Shown: positions 1-12,092, numbered from the stretch's first letter. The stretch is 64,000 nt of DNA from Octopus sinensis (GCF_006345805.1 NC_043000.1:42904001-42968000); one strand, 5' to 3'. Notes: generated by a model from the sequence alone, not told the origin. Numbers and translations are program-made.

Positions 1-1478
1 TCTCATAGTCGCACTGAATCATAAAATCCCATAAGATTTTTGCATTTCTATTTTCGACGATGCCTTCACAATTGTGGTCGTACCAATTTTTTGCTCTGTC
101 AAGTCTATACTTGTTGCAAAGTGTCCAATGGACAAGCCTGGCTATATTGTCACGGCTCTCTTATATTCCTTCTGGGCTAGTGGCGTACATTGGCTGGTAA
201 TATGAAATACGGTTTCACTGCTTTGTCCACAGGTTCTGCACATATCACTTTCTGCTGTGCAGTCTATTCTGTATTTTATGTAGTTTGTTCTTAGTACTTG
301 CTCTTGGGCAGCACAGATTAGAGCCTCCGTTTCCGGTTTTAAATCACTTTTAGTCATCCACATCTATCTTTTTTCTCTGTCTGTCTTATCTTCAACATCC
401 CTATAAAATTGACCTTGCATTCTTTTCTTTACCCACCTATTTTCAGTTTCATTTGTTTTCAATTTCTTGTATAGTGCTTCATCTTTGCAATCTTTCATCC
501 TACACAAGCATGACCTTCTTATTTCTAATAATAGCAGTTCGGTGGCATTTTTTACATACCATGCTATGTTGTTTTCTTCTGTTCTAATACTGTACTGGCA
601 CTCAAGAAATCCCCCTTCCCCTTCTTTTTCTTGGTATATACAGTCTGTCTATGTCACTTTTTGGGTGGAGTGACCCATATCTAGTTAGCAACTTCCTTGT
701 CTTTCTGTCTAAGTAGTTTAGTTCGTCTACTATCCATGCGATTACCCCTGCTCCATATCTAAGAAGTGAAACCACTCAGATGTTGATAGCTTCGATCTTA
801 ACCCGTCCGTTTAATTTCGACTTAAGGATCAGTCTCAGTCTATTCCGCCTTAAATTTTTCTGTCATTTCTTTCTCCATCAATTTATCTATTTCCAAAATC
901 CCCATGAACTTATAGCCCGTCTATTCTATCTATTTCATAACTTTCTCCGACGGTTTCGTTAGCCCGTTCATGCACTTGATTTTCCCTTTCTTCGTGACTA
1001 ATACACCACGCTTTCTCAGTCCGAACTCCATTCTGATATCAGCACTGAAGCTATACACCGTTACAATGAGGGAACTGGCTTGGGCTTCATCTTCGCCATA
1101 AAGTTTGAGGTCATCCATGAATAACAAATGGTTGACTTTTTGTTGGCGGCTTCTGAATATATACCCAGCTTTTGCTCAGAATCAGTGTTAGTGGTATCAA
1201 GCACAGTACAAAGATCAGTGGGGACAGGCGTTCTCCTTGGAAGATGTCCCTCCTAATTTCTACTGTCCCTAAACTTCTTCCATATGCTGTCAGGTCCGTC
1301 CTCCAATTCGCCATACTTTTTCCAAGCAATCGCTCAACATTCAATGCAATACTAAATAGGTTCATACACTCCATAATCCAAGAATGTGGGATCATATCAT
1401 ACGCCTAACGATAGTCGATTCATGACATGTCTAAGTTACTTTTCCTCCTCTTGTAGTCTCTAAGTACAGTTTTGGCTA
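1..1478 (-). mobile_element. R4/Dong-clade non-LTR retrotransposon fragment (RT, CCHC finger, start of REL endonuclease); 5'-truncated and decayed, runs off the window edge
   Basis: Frameshifted minus-strand peptides in order: LIAKTVLRDYKRRKSNL..IDYR.AYDMIPHSWI, DIFQGERLSPLIFVLCLIPL, LFMDDLKLY (RT catalytic motif), WMTKSDLKPETEALICAAQEQVLRTNY, CRTCGQSSETVFHITSQC, RDNIARLVHWTLC, KILWDFMIQCD. Confidence 0.9.
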
Positions 1479-1481
1479 TCA

Positions 1482-1570
<89 letters not shown>

Positions 1571-1620
1571 ATATTATTATTAATATTATTATTAATATTA
1601 TTATTATTATTATTATTATT
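1479..1620. repeat. (TTA)n microsatellite abutting the 5' truncation point of the LINE
   Basis: Read directly from sequence. Confidence 0.97.
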
Positions 1621-1979
1621 CTACAATAAAAACATGTTAATCCTTCCCGCAGAAATATTGCCTTCAGATGTCAACATGTTCCCTTACCTTTAAAACATCA
1701 CGGAAATGCAAAATCATTGATCTTACACGACTTGTTCTGTCTCTTCCACAACCATATCTTGTCACTTTGCTTCGATAATACTATCAATTTCTATGGAGGA
1801 ATCCCATGAAAACTTATAAGTGTCATTCACCTTGACAGTCTCTAGATCATCGTTAAAGCATTTCTCTGAATCCGGAAAAAAAAAATTCAAGTCATTTGAA
1901 GTTTCGAATTCCATACAACATGACAATAATCGCACAAGTTTACCCAACTTAACCGAGCCGACGAAGAAACTGTTACGCC

Positions 1980-2235
1980 TTAGCTAAAATTGTTGTAAAT
2001 ATCACATAAATCTCTTTATAATAACCCAACATTTTATGAAAAGAAGGACACAAGAGAAATTGTAGTTGTAGATACACTATATCTGAAATATAAAGAAAAC
2101 GTCTTTGCTCTATCGTGCGTACTCGTCAAATTTACGTAATTTTACAGTTTGATATAATGCTATGATTATTTATATCAATTTGTTTAACATTTGATCCAAC
2201 GATAATATATGGGAAGTTCACGGCTGGAATAATTA
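1980..2235 (+). repeat. Degenerate dispersed repeat (family E), apparently interrupted by the 2097-2210 segment
   Basis: Shares decayed blocks (AAATCTC..AAAT; GGACAC..GTAGATACACTAT; GG..GTCAC.GCTGGAA) with 5630-5762, 32745-32880 and 53300-53466. Confidence 0.35.
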
Positions 2236-2818
2236 TTTACATAAATCCGTGAGAGCACACGTAATCCAGACACGAAAGAGCGGCAACAATAAAAGTGATG
2301 TTAAGTGATCGCTTCACACTTAAGAGAAATATCCCTCAAATGATGTTCTGTTCCTTTAAAAATGGGAAGGATACATTCTACATCGTCGTCGTCACCATCA
2401 TCGTCTTTCAATTCTGTTTGACATCATGAAAAACTCGACAGACATATTTTTCTAACATCAGAGCCCTAAGTTCATTGACAATGACCATATATTTAGAAGG
2501 ATACTAACGATTCACCTTCCCATAGATGAGATTTATGTATCATTAGCAAAAAAAAAAGCAAAAGAAAAGAATCACCCAAATCGCATAGGGGATTCTGTCT
2601 ATATTTCTTTTTCCCATCTGATAGGAAGTTTGTCCAAAATATTTTGAGCTACACCTTATAGCTACATTTGCATATGAGCAACTTCTTCAAAAGCTATCGT
2701 AAAATATATTATTGTTGGATCAAATGTTAAACAAATTGAAATAAATAATCATAGCATTATATCAAACTGTAAAATTACGTAAATTTGACGAGTACGCACG
2801 ATAGAGCAAAGACGTTTT
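2097..2818. repeat. Inverted repeat: arms of about 115 bp (2097-2210 and 2704-2818), spacer about 490 bp
   Basis: AAAACGTCTTTGCTCTATCGTGCGTACTCGTCAAATTTACG... is reverse-complemented at 2704-2818 with 2 mismatches. Confidence 0.95.
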
Positions 2819-4474
2819 ATTATAATTTCTGTTTTGTATTTTTATTATTATTTTTTTATCATTTAATTAAAGCTTATTGCATTTAATTAAAATTCGTCTC
2901 ATTTTTAACTCGTATTGTTTTTTTCTCTCCATTTTGATTAAAACCTTAAACACATCACAAACAGAAAAAAAGTGTCTTTTCTTTCTAACTGTTGACTTCT
3001 GATTGTCCGTCTATTGAGAGGAAATAAGAAAAGTAAAATAACACGAAAATCAAAAAAAGCTAAATATAAATAAATAGAAAAGATCAATTTGTGTAATTAA
3101 TTAAAGAAATAATTAATAATTATTGTCTCTAATTTCTTCAACCTGTTGGATTTTAGTTAAATAGACAATGTGCATTCATTTAAATTACACTTGAAACGTC
3201 ACGACGAAAGAGGATGCTATGGAAACCAAAACACTAGAACAAATGAACATACCAAAAGAAGATGGAACGAAACAATGATTTTTGACTTAAACCATATAAT
3301 GAGTTGTCAGATTAATTCGTTCGCTTCTTTTCAATGTTATTTGAATTCACACGAAAAATATTTTTATCGTAGAATTTTATGTCTTTCATTATATTCATAA
3401 CTCTATTCTTCCTCCACAACTTTTGTTGAGCGCTTTTGAAATTTTAATAAATTTGATTTTACTTAAACCTATGACGATAGAGCGACAAGTAGAAATGTAT
3501 GAGCATTTTCAACACATGACTCGCTTCACTTTCAGTATTCCAAAACTGCCAAAGTTGCTTGAGGCATTTCATCTGTATATGGAGAATGCGCTGTTTTCTA
3601 AAAGAACTGCACCGAAATGATTTTCTCGCTTCGAGGGGAAGATATTCGACCTCACAGACTCTCTGGGTTCCGACCAGCCTGTTCAGTTCAGTGAGGATCG
3701 ATCGAACCAGCTCATCCATGCCAACCCGCTAGGGAAGGGTCCCAGCAGATGGGATGCTCTCTCGATTCCATCTTCTGCAACCTTCACTCAGTGAGTAAGG
3801 ACTAAAAGCTTGTTGCATGGATGCCACATAATCAGAAAGAAATAAACAAAGTCCAACGCGTTTCTATCGCTCTTGAGATTTATCGCACGACACCAGGCTA
3901 CTTGCGGACACGAACAGAGATTTCTGGACAAATTTCAACAATCAACTTCCATGAAACCAAAATCTGCGTGAACGCTAGGAAATCATTTCTGACTCACGAT
4001 GTTTCCTACTGTGTAAAAAACGGAGTGCGGCCAGCCGTTCGACGCCTCTACTGGAAACGGGGATAAATTCGTAGCCCTTCATTGCGAATATTCTAAGAAC
4101 ACAGTTCAGTTCTATACAGGGCGGATGGCCTCGCTATCTCAAGTCATGTGAGCGAGAACTCCATGAAAATGTTTGGGAAGAACTACAACTGTTACCACTA
4201 ACTTCACAAAGTTCCACCTCCAGGACATTACCTGATACTTTCAAACGGGCAAGTACCACTCCTGCAGAAAATGCATCGAGGAAATGGTTCATATTCATAA
4301 ACATTCCAACCATACACACACATATATATATGTGTGTGTGTGTGTGTGCGTGTGTATAATTTAAAATTAAAATCAAAATGAGGGTGAAAAATTGGATATT
4401 AATTTAATAACATCAATTTAACATCAGTGGTCTAGCGCATAAAAAACTGAGATTCAGTAAATAGTATTTTATAC

Positions 4475-4648
4475 ATAAATATAAGGGGGAACCACTATGT
4501 GGAAGCCCTTACGCTAAAAAGAGATCTGCATAGGTCTCAACTACTAAGAATTGTTCTCCAGAAAATTTAGCACACCAGAAACGTAAGACATATGCGGATC
4601 TCTTTTTAGCGTAAGGGCTTCCACATAGTGGTTCCCTCTTATATTTAT
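4475..4648. repeat. Hairpin / MITE-like element: 58-bp inverted arms, loop about 58 nt
   Basis: ATAAATATAAGGGGGAACCACTATGTGGAAGCCCTTACGCTAAAAAGAGATCTGCATA pairs with 4591-4648 (2 mismatches). Confidence 0.92.
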
Positions 4649-4649
4649 A

Positions 4650-4674
4650 TATATATATAGAGAGAGAGACATAC

Positions 4675-4752
<78 letters not shown>

Positions 4753-4761
4753 CTAGCTAGC

Positions 4762-4831
<70 letters not shown>

Positions 4832-4832
4832 T
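4650..4832. repeat. (TA)(GA)(GATA)n microsatellite with a GCTA interruption
   Basis: Read directly from sequence. Confidence 0.95.
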
Positions 4833-4937
4833 TTAATCAGTACCAATGCAAACTCTGACTTACACGATGTATGAAAGGATATATATATACAAACTGAAAA
4901 ATCCAGGAACATTGCACCGATCCATCTTTATAGGCTA

Positions 4938-5126
4938 ACTCTCGTCAGGCGTCACGTTTTAAATAAGATACTTTGTTACACGTACAGCGTTTCCCTTGGC
5001 ATTTTGCAGTCGCCTGTAGGATATTGGCTTTACTGACCAATATCCTACAGGCGACCACATCATTCCAAGCTAAACTCAATATATGTAACGAAGCATTTTA
5101 TTCAAAACGTGACACCTAACGAAAAA
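4938..5126. repeat. Degenerate palindrome of about 190 bp with a perfect 19-bp central stem
   Basis: GTCGCCTGTAGGATATTGG-ctttactga-CCAATATCCTACAGGCGAC; outer arms 4938-4984 and 5081-5126 are also complementary. Confidence 0.85.
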
Positions 5127-5629
5127 CAAGCTTTCATCGATGGATGCTACACAAATATTTGTACTTTATTCCAACCGTAAGGCGTATGATGCCTCGAAGT
5201 GACTGTTGTGTTGAAGAGTCTTGCTAACAAAATTTTCCGTTTCCCTCATTCATTATATACACACACACATACAGACATATGTATATATATATGCACACAC
5301 ATATGCAACCCCCACACACACATACATTAACTCCCTTCCACTCATTTTTTTCAAATTGTAAGCATGTTTTCTCAGCCGCAAATAGTTTATAAGTTTATGA
5401 ATTTTGTTCACTACTTTACGTGAAAATACATAGCTAAGACTAATTATGTTGCCTCCTTTGAAGTATGTAATTCGTGGTATAAATTACGCCCAAATTTCAC
5501 AGATAATTTCTAGTCACGCTTACAAAAGAATGCCTTGTACTATTCATTTGGCCATTGAAAACCAATAATCAGTTTGTTGGTGTATACAAATTCATGATAT
5601 AGAATATACACCACTTTGGTTTTAAAAAA

Positions 5630-5762
5630 CGCTGGAAAATAGCAAACAAATATCCCTCTATCATATCCTGCATAAATGAACAGGACAGTCATGGTTGGCT
5701 TGACTTCTATCATCGACGTGCTCAGTTAATGCTATTCTGGTCTAAACAGCAGAAACGACAGC
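5630..5762 (+). repeat. Degenerate dispersed repeat family E (SINE-like; other pieces at ~14040, ~14230, ~18620, ~18725 on minus, and 50590-50650 on plus)
   Basis: AAATAGCAAACAAATATCCCTC is the reverse complement of the recurrent GAGGGA.ATTTGGCT..TATTTCTAGC motif; ends in CTAAACAGCAG-type tail. Confidence 0.4.
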
Positions 5763-6584
5763 AAGCAAATAAATGGAACGTGTATTGATTTGCCACTAGA
5801 ACTAGTTATTGGTGATACTTTTAGTTCGATGTAAACATACATTTGATCGGGTTTTCGATCAAAAACTTCGTAGCTATCACCACCTCCTGTTTGTCCAGGC
5901 AGCGTGCATTCAAAACCGCATTTATTTGTTCGTTATGTTCTTTTATGACGTTAGTGTGTTCTGCAAGGACGATTTGATACTGTTTGTTACAAAACGGTTG
6001 TGCGACTACTTAAAACACCCTGGAGACAAACCATTACTTCGAGTGAACCTTTTCATGGTAGTAGAACGGTAAGAGCTAATTTTCCTGTCTGGCAGCTAAT
6101 TACGCGTATAAGTAACTGGATTTAAGCAGTTGTATTTGCGTAACCTGGTGATCAAAAGTATTGCAGCTTTTATCATTCAGTCCTTTGTGCGTAACAACCT
6201 TAGACTAAATTGTTGAATGTGTGCCTACTTTTCAAGATTGTACTGAGGCTATCTAACCGAAAGTCTAAAGAATGGACAGTTGTTAGAATGTTCAAAATCG
6301 CAGTGAAGAAGGGCAACATGGGCACTCATTTTTGTTGGTATTGTTGTTGTTACTTAAGGGTTCAGTTCGACACCCATTGAGCAAACGTTTGATTATAATA
6401 TTCTAGCAATGCCTATACCGTGCTTTTCTTCGGGAATTAATTATCTGGCATATTATCCAATATCTCTCTGTATTTCTAAATTAATAATAAGTAATTCTTT
6501 GGATTCATATATATGCTCATGAGAAACTTGCACGTACGAACATATATATGCAAGCATACAAATAGTGCATATAGAAGCATACTT

Positions 6585-6640
6585 TAAGGCGTTACTCCAG
6601 CGTGGCCGCACTGAAATGACTGAAACAAGTAAAAGTAAAA
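6585..6640 (+). mobile_element. 3' tail fragment of SINE family A
   Basis: TTAAGGCG.TACTCCAGCGTGGCCGCACTGAAATGACTGAAACAAGTAAAAG matches the tail at 31975-32036. Confidence 0.75.
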
Positions 6641-7029
6641 CAATATTAAAGTGTGTAAATGTTACATGGGTGTGTGACCGAGTGGTATCTACTTCATATG
6701 TGTGTATATGTACATACATACGTACATACAAGAAAACCAGAAAGGAGAAAGCTAATTCGAAGACTACAGATCCAATCCATCTCTGGAACTGTAAAAATCT
6801 GTGAAACTTTCCAGAAGTTTATCATTTAAACATATATAAGCATGTATAGATGTGCAACTATATGCATGAGAATACATACATAAAATGAAACATAAAATCT
6901 GCACATATACATTACATATATACATACAAACAAAAATACCCTGTTGTTGATGTTGAAATTCCTTGTACATTTAGGTTAGAAACCGGCTCTTTCTCTATTG
7001 GCGAGAAATCTTGAGATAAAACTGAACGA

Positions 7030-7102
7030 TGACATACATACATACATGCACATACATTCATACATACATATATACATACATACATGTACACACACACACA
7101 CG

Positions 7103-7147
<45 letters not shown>

Positions 7148-7260
7148 CTGTATGTATATATGTATATATAGATGCATATATATATACATACGCACACACA
7201 CACACATATATATATATATGTATGTATGTATGTATGTATATATACGTATACGACGTTAGT
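7030..7260. repeat. Compound (TACA)/(CA)/(TA) microsatellite
   Basis: Read directly from sequence. Confidence 0.95.
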
Positions 7261-8218
7261 AAAAATGTATTCTCAGTCATACATATATGCATAAGCGTAT
7301 ATGGATAGACGATTCCTATTGGCACCTGTACATATGCACACTCTCGCTCACGCACTCACATATACACGATACTAAGAATCCATAAACTGCCTGCATGTAT
7401 TATTATAAGGCGATCTCTACGACGTTTACTTGCTCGGCTTTTCAAAACAAGGAAAAGGCATCAAATGAAAAGTCGACCATGATGTTGATGACGCTGCTGA
7501 TGATGCTGGTAACAATGGTGATAGCGAGGGTGATAATGACAACGACGACGACGACGATGACGATGTTGATGATGATGATGAGATCATTACTAAATTAGTT
7601 TCAATGGTAATGGTGGTGGAGGCGGTGGTGGTAGCGGTGATAGTGGTGATGTTTATCGTTTCGTTGGTTGTTAGCGACTTTCAATGCAGAAATAACTACT
7701 CGACCGTGTAGTTAATGTCCAACTTGGATAATATATTTATTTATTGTGGCAGAAATCATTGCCTAACAACCATCGGTGACATTAAACTACGTATCCAACA
7801 AATCAAATCCAATTGTTGGTGATTAGTTGGGAAGGCGTCGTATCAAATTTCAGTGAATACAGTGAAGGAGGATGATAAAGAGATAAGTAGTAATCGCATA
7901 TCCCTTTTCTTCCTTCTTAAGTTATTTCCTTCTTTCATCTATCCACCTATCCACTCATATATGTAAAGGCTAGTCGCTTAATGTCACAAAACCAGACGAA
8001 TCTATGTGATGTGTCTATATCTGTGTGTGCGTGTCAGTATCTGTGTGTGCGCGCGAGTTGGCGTGTGTATGTGCGTGTCCGTGTCTGTATCTGTGTGCGT
8101 GAATCTGATTATTATGCAATATGCATAAACTATGAATAGTAATACAACTATAGATTCATATGTTTGTATATATGAATGTATGTCTATATGTCAGTGTGTC
8201 TGCGTGTGAGTGTGTGAC

Positions 8219-8274
<56 letters not shown>

Positions 8275-8289
8275 ATATGAAAAAACAAG

Positions 8290-8710
8290 TCAAAAATAGA
8301 AAATGCTAAAATAATTTTATAGTGAACATTTCAGTACCGGTTTCGGGTCATTTTGAGACCTTTTCAACTGTAACGATTAAATAATAAAATTTAGAAAAAT
8401 TAGAAGAAAAGTTTTTTTAAAAGAATATTTCTATAGTAGTGTTCAGATTTAAGTGGCATTCTGCCTTTCTCTGACTCCCTTGTTTGCACTTGTGTGTCGG
8501 AGGTCGTTGTGAGTTCTTGGTAGGGTAGTAGAGGAAGAAGGCTGGTGAGGAAAGGGGGGTGGGAGAATCTGGGAGTGCCCTGATGGTCGTATTTTGAATG
8601 GTCAGTGGCGGTTGGCAGTCTCAGTTCAATTCAGGAGAATATTTATATTGACAGGCTTGTTTATAGAATTAGCGTAGGTGTTATACTAAAAAACATTAGT
8701 GACAAAGTTA
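8290..8710 (-). mobile_element. Penelope-like element 3' remnant (putative GIY-YIG ORF end plus pseudo-LTR)
   Basis: Minus-strand remnant F*YNTYANSINKP resembles the C-terminal end of PLE ORFs and is followed in sense by a hammerhead-like motif, the layout known for PLE pseudo-LTRs. Confidence 0.45.
8332..8370 (-). ncRNA. Minimal type I hammerhead-ribozyme-like motif (U3-A8 core variant)
   Basis: CAG-UUGAAAA-GGUC(UCAAAAU)GACC-C-GAA-ACCGGU-A-CUG: helix I CAG/CUG, helix II GGUC/GACC, palindromic helix III ACCGGU, GUA cleavage triplet. Confidence 0.55.
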
Positions 8711-8729
8711 AGGGGTAGGGGGTGGAGAA

Positions 8730-9080
8730 GTAGAAGAAGAAGAAGAAGAAGAAGAAGAAGAAGAAGAAGAAGAAGAAGAAGGAGAAGGAGAAGATGACGA
8801 TTATGGTGATGGTGGTGATGATTATGACGACGATGATGATGATAATGATGATGATGAAGAAGAAGAAGAAGAAGAAGGAGAAGGAGAAGATGACGATTAT
8901 GGTGATGGTGGTGATGATTATGACGACGATGATGATGATAATGATGATGATGAAGAAGAAGAAGAAGAAGAAGGAGGAGAAGGAGAAGATGGTGGTGATG
9001 ATGGTGGTGATGATGATGACGACGATGATGATGATAATGATGATGATGAAGAAGAAGAGGAAGAAGAAGAAGAAGAAAAA
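8730..9080. repeat. Higher-order triplet repeat: unit of about 96 bp, (GAA)n-GGAGAA-(GAT/GGT/GAC)n, three copies
   Basis: Units start at ~8794, ~8890 and ~8989; the first two are almost identical. Confidence 0.9.
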
Positions 9081-9294
9081 AACAGAGAAGGGAGAATATG
9101 AATGGGTGTAAGTATAGCTATGAAGGGGCTGATTAGTAATGGATTCTATGGAGTGTAATATTTGTGTGTGTATATATATTTTTCTTTTATTCTAAAGTTG
9201 AGGTATATTAATTGTTTGTCGTAGACCCGTTTAGAAGTGGCTTGTATTTTGTAATAAAGAGATTTTCTTTACTTATTCATTGTCTCGAGGTTGT

Positions 9295-9358
9295 ATATAT
9301 ATACATGTATGTATGTATGTATGTATGTATGTATGTATGTTGTATGTATGTATGTATG

Positions 9359-9389
<31 letters not shown>

Positions 9390-9400
9390 TAGGTATGTAT
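9295..9400. repeat. (TATG)n microsatellite
   Basis: Read directly from sequence. Confidence 0.95.
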
Positions 9401-9559
9401 GTGGGTGCATTCGTTACTCCCAGAAGACTATGGATTTTAGCCTGGAAGTATTTCTTTTTATTTTGTTAGTAGAGTCGCTTTTTGCTATGACTGTAGTGTC
9501 TCATATGTGAGTGACAGGGTTCTATACGCCAGTCTTCTCTTGGTGTTGTTTTACTTCGT

Positions 9560-10380
9560 ATTTGCTTTTTTCTATTAGCAAGATTCAACATCTCAGCTCA
9601 TCTTTTTAAACTGAAGTAAAGTTCCAGCCTCCAGAGGGAGCGATCACTTCTCTACTTTTCAACGTTTATTGTAAAGAAACTTAATGCTTTTCTTGCAAAA
9701 GTCTTTTAAACGAAGATGGAGTTGCCTTTGATTTCTCTTATAAGTGGCCAACACACCATACGGCTGATCTTTAACCATTCTCGTATCTGACATGGTGTGT
9801 ACATGGGCCAGTCAGTGGAGGCGTCGTTGTTTCAGTAGGGTGACGAGGCTGAGTCCCAACCAGTGAGCCAGGACCTCATACATGGTAACTCTGTCAATTA
9901 GTTTGATATTCAAACTCATCCGACGCTGCGTATGTGGAAAGCACTGAGAAGCTGCTCTACCAGTACCATAAATCAGTGTATTGAAGACAAACTCTGAAAA
10001 CTGAAACCCTGGTGTGTGCCTTAATCTTACTGTTCTCACAGACGCTCGTAGTCAACATAGCTCGTGCTGACGCTGCTCATCCAATCTGTTTGTTGATCTC
10101 AGACTCGACAGAGAGGTTTTCTGTGAGGTTGAAGCCGAGTTATGTTAAATTCCTGTGCTTCCTCCATCTCACAGTTGTTGGTGATGATGGTAGAAGAGTG
10201 TTCGATTCTTAGGACCAGTACTTTTGAATTTTTCAAACTGATGATCAAGCCGAAGTTTTCACAAGTTCTTGTGATACTGTCCATCGGGATTTGCGTTTGT
10301 TCCTCTGAGTATGCTTCAGCATTGCATCATTCGTTAATAGTATGTCCGTGTTCAGTACATATTTTTATCTTTTAGCTATA
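9560..10380 (-). mobile_element. RTE-clade LINE fragment (C-terminal RT region), decayed
   Basis: Frameshifted peptides ILLTNDA (degenerate FADD), MDSITRTCENFGLIISLKNSKV, VFNTLIYG, DRVTMYEVL, TLLKQRRLH.LAHVHTM, LRLKDFCKK, DRSLWR are typical of RTE/BovB-like ORFs. Confidence 0.8.
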
Positions 10381-10707
10381 TATTTCTATGTCCCTCACAC
10401 ACGTTACAAGAATATATCCTGATCTTTCGGAACATGCTACAGCGAGTCCTGTTACCAACAAGTTAAACTCATCACAATTCTTATTTATCACCAGTGTAGT
10501 TTCCATCAAGTTACATCTACTAACCTATGTTTGTCAACTGTGTATTCTTACCTGCGGGTTTTGTTGCTTTGAATATAAACAAAACATTCGACAGTGTCCG
10601 GCATGCATATTACTTGATAAAGTAGCCCATTGGATTTATGCATTTCTTGTCTCTTCATCACAGACTTCCTGTAAATCGTAGTATCATGACATGTAATAAC
10701 AGCGCTT

Positions 10708-10710
10708 TTT

Positions 10711-10772
<62 letters not shown>

Positions 10773-10850
10773 TTCCTTCCTTCCTTCCTTCCTTCCTTCC
10801 TTCCTTTCTTTCTTTCTTTCTTTTCTCTCTCCCCCCCTCTCTCTCTCTCA
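10708..10850. repeat. (TTTC)n/(TTCC)n/(CT)n polypyrimidine microsatellite
   Basis: Read directly from sequence. Confidence 0.95.
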
Positions 10851-11869
10851 CTGATATCCACTTCATCAGCTCTGGTACCAGGATTCGGTTTTATCACACA
10901 CACTACACTCTTCTTCATCGACACCTATGACCTACTTGGTGTCACCTCCAACAATGCCTTCTCCTACACACATTAAACCACTCTTCATTCCATTAGTAAC
11001 CCTTAAATCTAGCGTCATCTACCTGTAAACTTAGGGAGCTAATAACACTTTTCGTCTGATTCCTTGATTTCTGACCTCGAAAACTCGGATATTTAAGTGA
11101 AAATCAGATATTTAGGTGTCTCATACAAAAATTTAAAAAAAGACACATGCATTATGCATTTCAAGGAAATTGTCGCACTTCATGATCCCCGATAAATATG
11201 AACAGCCTATTTTCGAGATAAACACAGTATTACAAAACTGGCCTTCGTCGTCGTCAGGTGCAGAAAATAAATTAACCGCAACAGTTTCTGAACTCGCACA
11301 AAGCTCAATTGAAACCCATAACACAATAGCGCATTTCTTCTGTTGCAGCTACAAGCAAATATTCTGGCCTGTATCCGAAGATACAGTTAATCCTCACCTC
11401 ATATCAAAGTGGCTGTTCCATGTTGCTACAACTTTAACCCCAGCCAGATCTCCCGCTAGCTGGTCAGTTTAGATACTTGTCAGTACAGTTACTACTTTCA
11501 TCTCTTTTTGATATTTTACGACTAGCTACTTGGCAAGTCCCTTACATGATTGGTTTAAATCCTCTCACAAGCTCACTCCAATTTCTCGGAGACAAATTTG
11601 CTATCATTAGTCTCTGTATTTTGTATATATATATATATATATATAATACAGTATTTCTCGGAAATAGATAGTTTTGTTCCACCTCACATCCGATCACTCT
11701 GACAAATTGACCTCTCTTGCTACTGTTATACGAACTCAGTGCATCCCATAGGCCCTGCATTACATCACACCTCATAGTCTCCTGATCCATCCCTAAATCA
11801 ATAATAAACATACATAGATAAAGCCATGCTTGTAGATGCATGCATATAAAAATAAGGGCGCTTATAACT

Positions 11870-11876
11870 ATGTGTG

Positions 11877-11913
<37 letters not shown>

Positions 11914-11973
11914 GTACATATATACGTACATATATGTGTGTTGTGTGTTTGTGCGTGTGCGTGCAAATTTGTA

Positions 11974-12027
<54 letters not shown>

Positions 12028-12092
12028 TATATAAATATATATATATATTATATATATATATATATATACTATATATACATATATATATATAA
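11870..12092. repeat. Compound (TA)n/(TG)n microsatellite
   Basis: Read directly from sequence. Confidence 0.93.

Noticed and set aside
1688-1865. Minus-strand exon candidate with good acceptor and donor
   Set aside because: All three frames contain stops; it could only be non-coding and has no other support.
10552-10668. 117-nt minus-strand exon candidate (CAG|GTAAGA donor, one open frame)
   Set aside because: Poor polypyrimidine tract, unrecognised peptide, and not phase-compatible with the nearest upstream candidates.
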